From a bacterium (GTDB taxonomy: Bacteria > UBA8248), in the NCBI GenBank assembly GCA_965207065.1, contig OZ242260.1:1536001-1600000 (forward strand): DNA of 64,000 bases. The letters are read 5' to 3'. A program made the position numbers and the translations under genes. Positions 1 to 9,265 of this stretch are shown in pieces; positions within the stretch are counted from its first letter, which is position 1; every line of letters starts with the position of its first letter. A model generated the notes under the pieces. It made no database searches and was not told the origin of the DNA. It saw only the letters and a list, made by a program, of their open reading frames with translations.

Positions 1-754
1 TTCCGAACAGCGCCGGCAGGTTGCCGTCCCACAAATGCCGATTTGCAAGCAAGCTCTTTAGGGGAATCTTCGGAATTGGTTTTGTGAGGGGTGAGTGTTG
101 CAATGCAGGCGTAATGGCGACTTGCTTGACGGCAGTGGAAATGACCCGGTTGAGCAGTTCCGTTTTACAAACCAGGTCAATTCGCTTTTTCTCTTCCTCA
201 TCCAGCTCGAAAATAAATTTAATGATATCGCACGCATCCAAAAGACCGATTATCAGGGAATCCCTCGGGTCCGGAATGATATCCGTGAAAATCACCTCCT
301 CGATTCTCGATTTGATGTACCTTCCGACGCTCTCGCTTCGGGGATAACGTTCCAATTCCGCATGCCAGGCGCAGTGGTTCGTTGTGTAAAACTCACCATC
401 ATGGCGCGTCAGAATTTCGGACTTGAGCAAGTGCTTCAGCGTAGCATCGATGATGTCTTCCGAATGAACTGCAAGCCGCTCAATCCAGTATCGCGGTTCT
501 TCCAGATTGGGATGGGATGCGATCTCTTCCAGGCATAAATCCAGTGCCAGGTCGCCTGTTTTGGTTGAATCCAGGAGAAAAAGCGATTCTTCATCTGTAT
601 CAACGCGTGATTTCAAGGAGAGATCGGCCAGAACAGCGCCGATGGTGGCGCAGTTCAACGTCCAGCCCTCCACTTGGTGGAAATAACCGTTCTGCTCGTT
701 GAGAATCGTCAGGATGAATTCTTGCGGGATATTCAACGATTGCTTCGTTATCAT
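1..754 (-). CDS. GPP34/GOLPH3-like domain protein, probably fused to a C-terminal cytochrome P450 (partial, runs off the window)
   Basis: Not in the ORF track because it has no stop in the window. Manual translation from ATG 754 (GGAG 6 nt upstream): MITKQSLNIPQEFILTILNEQNGYF...LNCATIGAVLADLSLKSRVDTDEESLFLLDSTKTGDLALDLCLEEIA...RYWIERLA...IPDPRDSLIIGLLDAC..., which fits the GPP34 pattern. It then continues as Pro-rich SPLTKPIPKIPLKSLLANRHLWDGNLPALFG, like a P450 N-terminus. The P450 part is inferred; no heme motif lies in the window. Confidence 0.7.
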   Translation of the reverse strand, partial: MITKQSLNIPQEFILTILNEQNGYFHQVEGWTLNCATIGAVLADLSLKSRVDTDEESLFLLDSTKTGDLALDLCLEEIASHPNLEEPRYWIERLAVHSEDIIDATLKHLLKSEILTRHDGEFYTTNHCAWHAELERYPRSESVGRYIKSRIEEVIFTDIIPDPRDSLIIGLLDACDIIKFIFELDEEEKKRIDLVCKTELLNRVISTAVKQVAITPALQHSPLTKPIPKIPLKSLLANRHLWDGNLPALFG

Positions 755-834
755 GTTACACTCCATTCCTCGTGATTTGATTCTTTCTCGTGATGCCGAT
801 TCCTGCGGCTTCCGGTCCCCTTTTTTCCATCCCT

Positions 835-3800
835 CTACGAGATCTTCTTTGCCGTTCCGGTTCCGCCGTCCGGCTTCATGTCCACAGCCGCCACTCTTCC
901 AGCCATGACGCGTTGACTTCTCGCCGGTAATATCATGCTCTTTCGTCGCTTCCGGCGACGCTGCTCGTAGAGACCAAGCGCGTGCAGGGGGAAATACTGG
1001 CGGTAGAGCACGTAATCCAGGAGCGCCGTCCGAAAAAAAACGCCGGGCATGTCCTGCTTGGGCCAAGTCCCGTCTGCTTCCTGCGTATTAAGCAGGAAGC
1101 CAGCGCCCCGGGAAATCGCGGCCCAGTCTGTTTCGTCCGCCTTGAGGAGTGCTATCAGCGCCCACGCGGTCTGTATGACCTGGCTTTCCTGATGCGGGAC
1201 GTAGCAACCGCTTAGGCAGCCGCTGTGGTGTTCGCCCCATCCCCCGTCTGGCTGCTGGCGCTCCAGCAGCCAGCGGCAAGACGCGCGCAGCGCCGGATCG
1301 CTTGGACCGGCCCGGTCCGAAACAAGGCCCCAGATGCCGAAAAGGGTGCCGTAGATGTACTGGACCCCCCATACGCCGCGCCAACTGCCGTCAGCCATCT
1401 GGTTCCGTCGCAACCACAAGGCGCCCCGGGCGATGGAGTCGGCAACCACTGACCTGTCGCCAATTTCAGGAAATCGATCCCGGCAGACAGCCAGCGCCGC
1501 GATACAAGACGCGGTACATTCGACAAAAGAATGCTCGGTCATCGATTCGCCGAACATCTCTGCAGGATTCAAGCGCTCCAGATCAATTGCCGAGCGCCTG
1601 GCCTCATAACTGCCGAAGCCGCCGTCGGGGTTCTGGCTTCGCAACATAAAGCCAATCGCTTCGCTGAGCACGGACGAGTCCGTGTCGTCTCCGTGGGCGG
1701 CGACGAGTCCAAGCACCGCCTGCGCCGTGCAGTCACTCACCGGCCAGCCATGCCACCCACCGGCGAAGCACCAGCCGCCTTTGGGGTCAGCGCGGTAGGC
1801 TTCACGAAACCGTTCAAAGCTGATCTTGATCTGTTCGCCGAGCAGAAAATCGGCGCCGCGCCGGAGCGCATCCCGAACACGGTCCGTCTCAGGCATGGTA
1901 GCCAGAGCCTGCAGCGCGAACCCGGTATCCCACGAAGCGCTTCTTGCTCCGGTGACCCGCAAGCCGTCGTCTTCGTCTTCCCATATCCAGGAATCCATTT
2001 TCGATAGCGCCCTTCGGCAATCGGTATCGTCCGGATCGTGCAGCCACAGCGCCAGAATGTTGAGAATGCCGCTGACTGGAGAGATGCTCGTATGGCTGGT
2101 GGTCTGCAGTTCCCATCTGATCTGCCCGAGAATTGCATCCATGCACCGTGTGCGCAGGTGTTTGCTGTGGAACCGCTCGACCAGCCGTGCAAATCTATAT
2201 CCGAGCCTGAGCCAGACGGACGGCCTTGCAAAAAGATCGGCATCCCGAAGCCGGTTCCTAGCGGCGAGAAAATCGGCCCTGGCAAAACCTTGCGGATAAA
2301 GCTCTTCCCGCAACGCAGCGATAACTGGTGTGACGGGCGCCTGGTACCGGCGGGCATAAATCGACGCCATCGCCATATAGATGAGCCGTGTATGGCAGTA
2401 CCAGTTGGAGGGATGCAGCGGTATCTTCCGCGGCAGGCTCCACAATTCCGGCAGAACAGCGTTCACGCCGTTCCAATCATAAAGATTAAGGAGCGCCAGC
2501 CAGAATTTTCCCCAGCTCGGAATGCCGAGAATCCCCTCGGCCTGAATGAACCGCCGGGCCGGCGCGATCAGGGGGTCATCCGGCTCTACACCGAGCAGCC
2601 GCGCCGCGACATAAACGAGGGCGGTGACGAACAGATGGGGCGACGAATGCTCGTGCAGGCCCCATGAACCGTCTTGGAGACGGGTCCTCTCAAACGAGTG
2701 CAGCACCCGGCGCCGCTTTCCCGGATCGAGCGGCTGGCCGATGATGTGGTGGAGCAGTACGTATTGCGCCGTGAGCATGGGACACCAGACCATCTCGCCT
2801 TCCCAGTCGCCGTCCTCTCTCTGCAGTTGCACGAGGCATTGGGCGGCGCTTTCCAGCGCCGGACCGGCATCGGGCGAATCGACCTCTCCGGCGCGGGCGG
2901 GCCGCTCCGATTCGGTTTTCGAAGGGATGGTATAGGGGAATGCCCGTCGTAGGTGCTCTCGCGCTTTCGCGCTTTCCTCCCTTCCTTCCCTGGCCGCCTC
3001 CCTCAACTGGCGGATGCCGAGCAGCAACCACCAAAGGCGAGCAGCCAACGCGCGAAAGTTCACCAATATCCGACGCCATAGAAACCTGCGGATGGAGAAG
3101 GTTGTCTCCCGGCTCATTGCCCGCGCGACAGTTTCGCAAAAGGAGAAAACCGTCATTGGCATGGACAACTCTTGGCAGGCAAGTATCCGCATGGTCCGGT
3201 CCCGATACCCCGAATTCGCTCGCCAGCCCTGGTAAACGGCCTTTCTGAGCATAACCGATTCGGTGCGGTAATCGGTCAACACCTCATAAAGCCCCATGGC
3301 AAGGAACTCGGGAATACGGGTCGCCTGGAACCGCTTTGCGGTGAATTGCTGGAAGTCCTCGCTTTCGGAGAGCGCCAGCGCATCGCCGAAGCCGAGAGTC
3401 ATGCCGACTGCCGTCATGGGATGATAGTGTCCGGCCGCATCGCCGATAAGCACCCGGTGCGGGTTCCCGTACGTGACACGCGGTCTCAACTGGTTGGCGG
3501 CGGCATAGAATCGCCTGACGTGCAGCGCTTCGACGAAGGCCGGCCCGAGATTTCCTGGAAGCAGCCTGCCATAGGATTCAGACAAGAAACTTATCCGGTC
3601 CTTGGAATTCCAACAATCCAATGGGACATCCAGGTTGACCCGGACGGAGCCGTTCGCAAGTCCGTAAATGAAAATTGGACCCGGCCCACCCAGAACCAGA
3701 TGGCCGTATCCTTCAAACAGCAGGTCGGCGTCGTGTAACGTCACCCCGAGCATCCGCGAACAGAGCATCGGGTCCATGGAATATCCCAAGGATCTGCGCA

Positions 3801-4275
3801 CGATCGAAGCGCGGCCGTCGGCGCCGATAATTCGGTCGACATTTATGGCGCATTCCAAGCCATTTCTCGAGAAGGTAATCCGTTCGTCTTCAACGACATT
3901 GACCCGCGCGTGGGAAATGAAATCGACATTGGCCTCGTTCTCAATGACCTCGCGGAGGCTTGAAACGAGCAGCGCGTGGTCGCATACCAGACCCCGTGAA
4001 CCGTCTGGATAAGGAAGCAGGATCGGGTCGGAGTCGTCGTCGGGCAGCACCACGAAACCGACGCCCGACTTGCTGCCGGACAGCGTGTCGACATCAATCC
4101 CGATGTCACGCAACAACTTCACTCCCGGCGGATGCAACCATTCGCCTGCAAGGCGTTTAGACGCTTTCGGATTCGCTTCGAGCAGGGCCACCTTAACGCC
4201 CTTGCGCGCAAGGACAATTGCGCATACGCTTCCCACCGGTCCCGCGCCGATAATGGCGGCATCATACTTCGGCAC
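835..4275 (-). CDS. Squalene epoxidase / oxidosqualene cyclase fusion protein
   Basis: N-half: GAGPVG (FAD), RLAGEWLHPPG, GADG, LIGDAAGHYHPMTAVGMT (squalene monooxygenase motifs). C-half: QW repeats, IPSWGKFWL, WYCHTR, HGWPVSDCTAQ, LNPAEMFG, VECTAS, DGSWRGVWG, YRQYFPLHALG (OSC motifs). GTG at 4275 has GAGGAG upstream. Confidence 0.92.
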   Translation of the reverse strand: MPKYDAAIIGAGPVGSVCAIVLARKGVKVALLEANPKASKRLAGEWLHPPGVKLLRDIGIDVDTLSGSKSGVGFVVLPDDDSDPILLPYPDGSRGLVCDHALLVSSLREVIENEANVDFISHARVNVVEDERITFSRNGLECAINVDRIIGADGRASIVRRSLGYSMDPMLCSRMLGVTLHDADLLFEGYGHLVLGGPGPIFIYGLANGSVRVNLDVPLDCWNSKDRISFLSESYGRLLPGNLGPAFVEALHVRRFYAAANQLRPRVTYGNPHRVLIGDAAGHYHPMTAVGMTLGFGDALALSESEDFQQFTAKRFQATRIPEFLAMGLYEVLTDYRTESVMLRKAVYQGWRANSGYRDRTMRILACQELSMPMTVFSFCETVARAMSRETTFSIRRFLWRRILVNFRALAARLWWLLLGIRQLREAAREGREESAKAREHLRRAFPYTIPSKTESERPARAGEVDSPDAGPALESAAQCLVQLQREDGDWEGEMVWCPMLTAQYVLLHHIIGQPLDPGKRRRVLHSFERTRLQDGSWGLHEHSSPHLFVTALVYVAARLLGVEPDDPLIAPARRFIQAEGILGIPSWGKFWLALLNLYDWNGVNAVLPELWSLPRKIPLHPSNWYCHTRLIYMAMASIYARRYQAPVTPVIAALREELYPQGFARADFLAARNRLRDADLFARPSVWLRLGYRFARLVERFHSKHLRTRCMDAILGQIRWELQTTSHTSISPVSGILNILALWLHDPDDTDCRRALSKMDSWIWEDEDDGLRVTGARSASWDTGFALQALATMPETDRVRDALRRGADFLLGEQIKISFERFREAYRADPKGGWCFAGGWHGWPVSDCTAQAVLGLVAAHGDDTDSSVLSEAIGFMLRSQNPDGGFGSYEARRSAIDLERLNPAEMFGESMTEHSFVECTASCIAALAVCRDRFPEIGDRSVVADSIARGALWLRRNQMADGSWRGVWGVQYIYGTLFGIWGLVSDRAGPSDPALRASCRWLLERQQPDGGWGEHHSGCLSGCYVPHQESQVIQTAWALIALLKADETDWAAISRGAGFLLNTQEADGTWPKQDMPGVFFRTALLDYVLYRQYFPLHALGLYEQRRRKRRKSMILPARSQRVMAGRVAAVDMKPDGGTGTAKKIS

Positions 4276-4279
4276 CGAG

Positions 4280-5359
4280 TCAGCGCTCCTCAAAGGGCGC
4301 TGAGTACAGCGCGGCGGCGGTTGTGAAGGGCAGGTCGCCGTCCTGGATCGAGAGCAGGAACGTTTCCGGACCCTCGATCTCGTCATCATGCTCGGTGGGA
4401 ATAGAGAAGCGGTACCGGGGCCACCCCGCCGGGATAGTCAAATTGTAGGGGCCGCCCGTGTAGTCCCCTTGTTCCGACGCGGTCTGGTCCGTGTTCACCA
4501 ATGTAACAGTTGTATTCGTGAACCGAGGCCACGAGAACATCAGTTTCCATCTCGAGCACCTCGCCTTTGGCCACCGAGTTGGCGTTGTCCAGATACTCAA
4601 CACGCTTGTCAGGTCGCTGTGCGTCACGGTCTGCTGGCCGGCGTGCCCACGGGCAGGCCGCAGGCGACGTTGGTGTTGCTTGCCCTCGCTCCCGAAAACG
4701 ACGTTCAGCGTCCCTTCGTAGGCGTTGCCTTCTTCTAGGTTCGCCACTGGGGTGAGCATGATGAGCGCCTACTGCACCACGTTCGTGGCGAGGCCGGTGA
4801 AGGTCAGAGTCAGGTCACTTCCCGTACCGGACACCGTAACGCTGGTTCCGGTGGTGGCGTAGGAGTAGTCCGAGGTCACGTGATTGGTGTTGCGGACGGT
4901 GGTCGAGTTAGTGCCTATGCCGATGGAGAAGTGCGCCACGTCGTCCGTCAGCAGCCGCTGGCCGAGCTTGACCCTGACCTGCGCCGTGTCGGTCGCGTCG
5001 CCTTCGGTCATCCACGTATCCATCGCCTCGAAGGAGACCGTGACCTGCGCGGTGGCCTCGTCGGCAAAACCCGCCGACAGCAGGACAGGCAACAGCAAGG
5101 ACAGGAAGAGACGGTGCGGGGAAAAGGTGGTCCGTTTCCAGGGCGTGCGTCCCGGGGCGCCGATTCTTTTGCGGAGTCCGGAAGCCGCGCCGCGCGGACC
5201 GGAGCGGCGGGAAAACTCAGGCGGTGAGGCTGGAAGGCAAAGGCAGCGCCGCCATGCGGTAACGCTCATGGCCGACGTTCGGTTCGGTTCGGTTCGGTTC
5301 GGTTCGGTTCGGTTCGGTTCGGTTCGGTTCGGTTCGGTTCGGTTCGGTTCGGAGAACAT
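4280..5359 (-). pseudogene. Calx-beta domain surface protein/adhesin, disrupted and truncated
   Basis: Signal-peptide-like LFLSLLLPVLLSAGFADEATAQ. An in-frame TAG at 4769-4771 joins the 265-aa and 159-aa ORFs, and there are further apparent frameshifts. Calx-beta motif TASEQGDYTGGPYNLTIPAG...IPTEHDDEIEGPETFLLSI. Confidence 0.7.
5277..5351. repeat. Pentanucleotide microsatellite (GTTCG)x15, encoding (EPNRT)x5 on the minus strand
   Basis: Perfect tandem repeat, directly visible. Confidence 0.98.
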
Positions 5360-5855
5360 GGTGAAGAACGCTCTCGTCCGGCTTGTCAAGCCCTGATATG
5401 AAGCTTTTCTGCTATTGAAGAAGGCCCGAAAAACCAAGGGGAATGTTGCAAGGCGGCGCGCATCTTCGGTCTCCTTAAAGAATGGGAATAATTCAGCAAA
5501 GTTAACAAAGATTTTAGAGATTAACTTCATCATTGAGTTCATCGAATCTTGATCCTGAATGGTCAAATTAAGCGTTTATGTTTGCAAATGCTTCTTTCAT
5601 ATCTTGAGCCGTTATCCGGTTCCTTGCATAGATTCATACTATTCATTTTTGTATTGGCGTCAGCCGGAACGGATCGGGCCGAATGCCGCTTAACCTATGA
5701 GTTTTGGAGTGGGCTCCTGCGTATTCACTCGAGAATGAGGGCTTGTATTTCGAAAGCGATCCCATTATCGGGTCAACCCGCAAACCATGTTGCATTGAAT
5801 ACCTTGGCTATGTCAACGAAATTTGTCAAGAAAAATTGATTTGAAATATTTGGCA

Positions 5856-6421
5856 TCATGAGCGCCCAGAAGCGATGGCGCCGGCTACGCGGCTTCCGTC
5901 AATGACGCGGACGCTGCTCCCCAAGTCCTCATGCCTGCGGATGCGCCCGGCGTCTGCGGCACGCACCAGAAGCAACTGGCGGAACGCGATGTGCCCCGAC
6001 GTAAAGACGACGGCCTCCTCCCAGCCGCATCGAGAGTTCGCGAATCGAGGATCGTGATGCCCCCGCCCACCATGTCGAACTGCGATCCGGCCGCGCGAAG
6101 CCAGATGTTCTTCCAAGACGCGATGCCGCGGCGGGAAAAAGAGAGGCCCGCGCCCTTCATCGCTTCGAGGGCGCTCAACAGATTCGACTCGTAGCCTAGA
6201 TGGACGTGGGAGCCGGCGGAATTTGGAGCGGGGTCGGCGCTGTAGCTCACCGGTTTGAAGAAGGCATAGTATCCGAATATCAGAGGACGTCCATCACTCG
6301 TGCAAGCCACCGAAGGTGTGGCGAACGCGCCGACAGCGAGAACGAGACAAACCATCGAGGCGCAGGCGGCGAGTGATGTCCGTCCGGGCAGGCGGGAAAA
6401 CAGCGCAAGCATGCCTTTCAT
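5856..6421 (-). pseudogene. Amino-acid ABC transporter substrate-binding-like protein, frameshifted and truncated
   Basis: Signal peptide, then FFKPVSY...GYESNLLSALE...FDMVGGGITILDSR. The protein continues in another frame (FTSGHIAFRQLLLVRA) and stops early. Confidence 0.6.
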
Positions 6422-6734
6422 CCTTTCGGACGTAATGGAGTGGCGGCGAATTCGTGATGGAATCCTGCGCCTGAGAACGGCATTCTCGTATCATCCGCGC
6501 AATCGCCCAAGCGTCGAACCCGTACCATCTTTCGAATTCACCGGTTTCTCGACGTCATATCCGTCCCTCACATCCATTTCTTCACGTCGCTTGGTTTTGA
6601 GAGCGAATGAGAGTTTGGCCTTTTTCCAGAATGGTTTCGAATACTCTTCGAACCCAATTGTAACCCCGCTGTGATAAAATGCGGCGTACGCGGACGACGG
6701 ATGGATCCCACAACAGCAGAAGGAAACGCAAGCC

Positions 6735-6931
6735 ATGAAGCTGGGCGTATTGACGGGGACGGCGACTGCCCCGGCCTGAACGCGGTCATCCGCGCGGCGA
6801 CGGCATCGAACTTCCACCGGGGAAGCCATACGCTGGGTATCCGCCCGGGCTGGCACGGCCTGGTGGACGGCGATTTCACCGAGATTACGGGCCCGGTGAT
6901 CTCCGGTATCAGTGACAATACCATCGCTTAA
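6735..6931 (+). pseudogene. pfkA: 6-phosphofructokinase N-terminal fragment
   Basis: MKLGVLTG, then a frameshift into GDCPGLNAVIRAA...LGIRPGWHGL. Stops after about 65 codons. Confidence 0.8.
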
Positions 6932-7102
6932 CCGAAAAACTATAAGGGGCCGACGAGGCAGCTGCAAAGTTGCTTTTCTTCACGATTCGTAACGCAGAGG
7001 TCCTTAGGGGCGCCGCGTTGACTGGAGCGCTGCGAAGGGGCAGTTTGCCATTGTGTTTGGGGAATACCCAGATGTTCGGACAGCCCCTTCAGGAGGTTTC
7101 GA

Positions 7103-8860
7103 ATGATGTCCGTTTTTACCTCCAGGATTGTTGGACTCGTCGCCATGATCGCAATCATGTCCGGCTGCAGCAGCGCAACCAGACAAGGCCACGGCGTCCC
7201 GCCTGCAGGAGAATTGTTCCACGGGCAGAAAGCATTGATGGAAAAAGTCGAAGCCGGAGGTCCCCTCGAGGGTGTTCTGACGATTATCGATACGGAGTGC
7301 CGGGTTGCGGAATCCCACTGCGCCGTGGTCACTGAAACCGCCGCGGCGTTCGGAACACCTCGGGGAAACATACTCCACACGGAAAAAGGGCGCTTCGGCG
7401 ATGCCGACTATGAGTCCGTGCTTACTCACCCTGAAACGCTCGAAGAACTCATTGCATCCGGCGGATTGGAGGCCATAATCGAGGAGTTGAAACTTCTTGG
7501 GACGGCTCCGGGGACTTTCCTGACCCGGGCAACGTGGGAGGCGCACAGAGAACGGACGAAAGTCGTGGTCATGCCGTTCGGTCCGGTTTTCAACCGGCCG
7601 GGAGACGGTTCCCTGATCGCAAGTCGCAACATGCTGTTTGTCGCGTCAATCGGAAACGTCATCACCGATGAGAGCCAGCCGTTCGACAAGGATAGCTTCG
7701 TGCGCAACTGGTACACGCCCGGCTGGTGCAGCGATCGGGAATCGGTGGAGCGGCGCACGGGCAGCGGCAACTTCTATTGCGATCTCCTGAACGACGCACA
7801 GCTCGCCAGCATCTTCAGGAACCTGAAGGAGGCGCAGGGAAAGGCTCTGTATGCGACCTGGGGAGACATCAAGGACGGAGAAGTCACGCCCTATCCTTTT
7901 GCGGTGAGCTGCGGGGAAGCGAAGAACGATTGCTTCACGGTCATCCTGCCGCCTGAGCATCGGGGCCGGAAGATCGAGAGTTTCGATGATATGGCGCAAT
8001 ACGCCGTCGGCACCTCGTTTGCGTCGCCGGCTCTCGGCAGCTATCTCTTTTATCTTTCCCAACTCTGGGACGATGCGGGAGAGGTGCGCAGGATTCTCAA
8101 CGAATGCGCCATCGACGTTGGAGAACCCGGAATCGACAGGGAATTCGGCCGGGGCGTTGCGAGCGCCGACTGTCCGCAGGTGGCGAAGAGGGAAAGGACC
8201 ACCGCGCGGGCGAGCGTCTCACTTGACATGCGCTCGCCGCTGATGAATGCGCGGGATGCGGTGGTGTCTGCTGCCGCGGCGAGGGGCTACGAGGGGTCCA
8301 GGTCTTCGCGGCGGGAATCCGAATCCGGCGCGAGGGGGCCGCTTTCGTTCCACACCGCCCGGCCGCGGGGCGGGGCGAGAGCGCCGCTTCGGTTTTCGTT
8401 CGCCTCCTCGGCGCGGCAGCGTGTCGTTCCGGAGATTTACCTGGCGGAGGGCATTCTGGGCGCCGGGGTGACGAAACGCTTCACCACCGGCGAGAGCATC
8501 TCCTTATCGTTCGGGCATGGGTACGACACCCTTGCGGCGTCTTCCTTCCTGGCCGGCCCCGGACGCCGGGAATCGTTCATGGAGGTCGGCGTGCGTAAGC
8601 CGCTACTTCTAGGCCGAAACACGCTCGTCGAACTGTCGGGTTCATACGGGCGGGTGAACGATGAAATGCGACTCCAGGTATTCAGGGCGGGACTGAGGTC
8701 GGTGCATCGGGAAGGCAACCATAGCGTTGCATTCGACCTCGCGTATGCGCGGGCGGCCGGTTCTCTCGGCATCCCCGGCTATAGAGACGTGGGCAGGAAC
8801 AAGGTCCCCTTCATGAAGGAGTCGTTTGACACCGCCGTTTCCTGGCGCCTGGAATTTTGA
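7103..8860 (+). CDS. Lipoprotein with divergent S8 (subtilisin-like) peptidase domain and putative C-terminal beta-barrel
   Basis: Lipobox IMSGC. Candidate triad IIDTE / SHCAVV / GTSFASP, oxyanion ASIGN and S8-type C-terminal DVGEPGIDREFGRG. Amphipathic strands end in WRLEF. Confidence 0.6.
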   Translation: MMSVFTSRIVGLVAMIAIMSGCSSATRQGHGVPPAGELFHGQKALMEKVEAGGPLEGVLTIIDTECRVAESHCAVVTETAAAFGTPRGNILHTEKGRFGDADYESVLTHPETLEELIASGGLEAIIEELKLLGTAPGTFLTRATWEAHRERTKVVVMPFGPVFNRPGDGSLIASRNMLFVASIGNVITDESQPFDKDSFVRNWYTPGWCSDRESVERRTGSGNFYCDLLNDAQLASIFRNLKEAQGKALYATWGDIKDGEVTPYPFAVSCGEAKNDCFTVILPPEHRGRKIESFDDMAQYAVGTSFASPALGSYLFYLSQLWDDAGEVRRILNECAIDVGEPGIDREFGRGVASADCPQVAKRERTTARASVSLDMRSPLMNARDAVVSAAAARGYEGSRSSRRESESGARGPLSFHTARPRGGARAPLRFSFASSARQRVVPEIYLAEGILGAGVTKRFTTGESISLSFGHGYDTLAASSFLAGPGRRESFMEVGVRKPLLLGRNTLVELSGSYGRVNDEMRLQVFRAGLRSVHREGNHSVAFDLAYARAAGSLGIPGYRDVGRNKVPFMKESFDTAVSWRLEF

Positions 8861-8966
8861 ATTCATCGGTACGCATCGTTTACGGGTGAACCGTTATCGA
8901 GGCGGCTCTGCATAATGGCGCGCATTGTCCGGACGCCGATGCCGTAAGAGTTTTTTATAAAACAAT

Positions 8967-9265
8967 TCATTCCAATAATCCCGGCAATTCGGGCGCGACT
9001 TCTGAGATATTCCGGTTGATTTGTACGATTTCCTCCTCTCGTCCGTCCCGATCCATTTTGCGTATGATGGCCTGCGCCGCGAACATCGCGGAGCGAAGCA
9101 GGTGGATTTCCGCCTCGGTTCGCGGCCATTCGCGACGCTCCAGGGCCTCCATCGCGAGTTCGACCACGAGTCTGTCGGGTGAATTTTCCCGCCATTCGGC
9201 TTCTTTTCGAGGCGCTTCCACTGATCTGATTTCACCATGACGTTGATTTGTATCGTCCGGAGCAC
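8967..9265 (-). pseudogene. Small plasmid/ICE-type protein (RHH/MobC-like), frameshifted
   Basis: MLRTIQINVMVKSDQWKRLEK continues in another frame at an A-run as EAEWRENSPDRLVVELAMEALERREWPRTEAEIHLLRSAMFAAQA. The strand-helix-helix pattern suggests RHH. Confidence 0.45.

Noticed and set aside
21-908. Plus-strand ORFs at the window start
   Set aside because: Antisense shadows of the minus-strand GPP34-like ORF.
835-2880. Squalene-hopene cyclase call
   Set aside because: It has DCTA rather than DXDD, OSC-type motifs and a fused epoxidase.
4276-4389. N-terminal 38-aa extension of the SE-OSC ORF in the track
   Set aside because: It overlaps the Calx-beta remnant; the RBS and the FAD motif support GTG 4275.
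4769-4771. In-frame TAG as pyrrolysine or readthrough
   Set aside because: Further frameshifts and truncation indicate decay; no pyl genes are seen.
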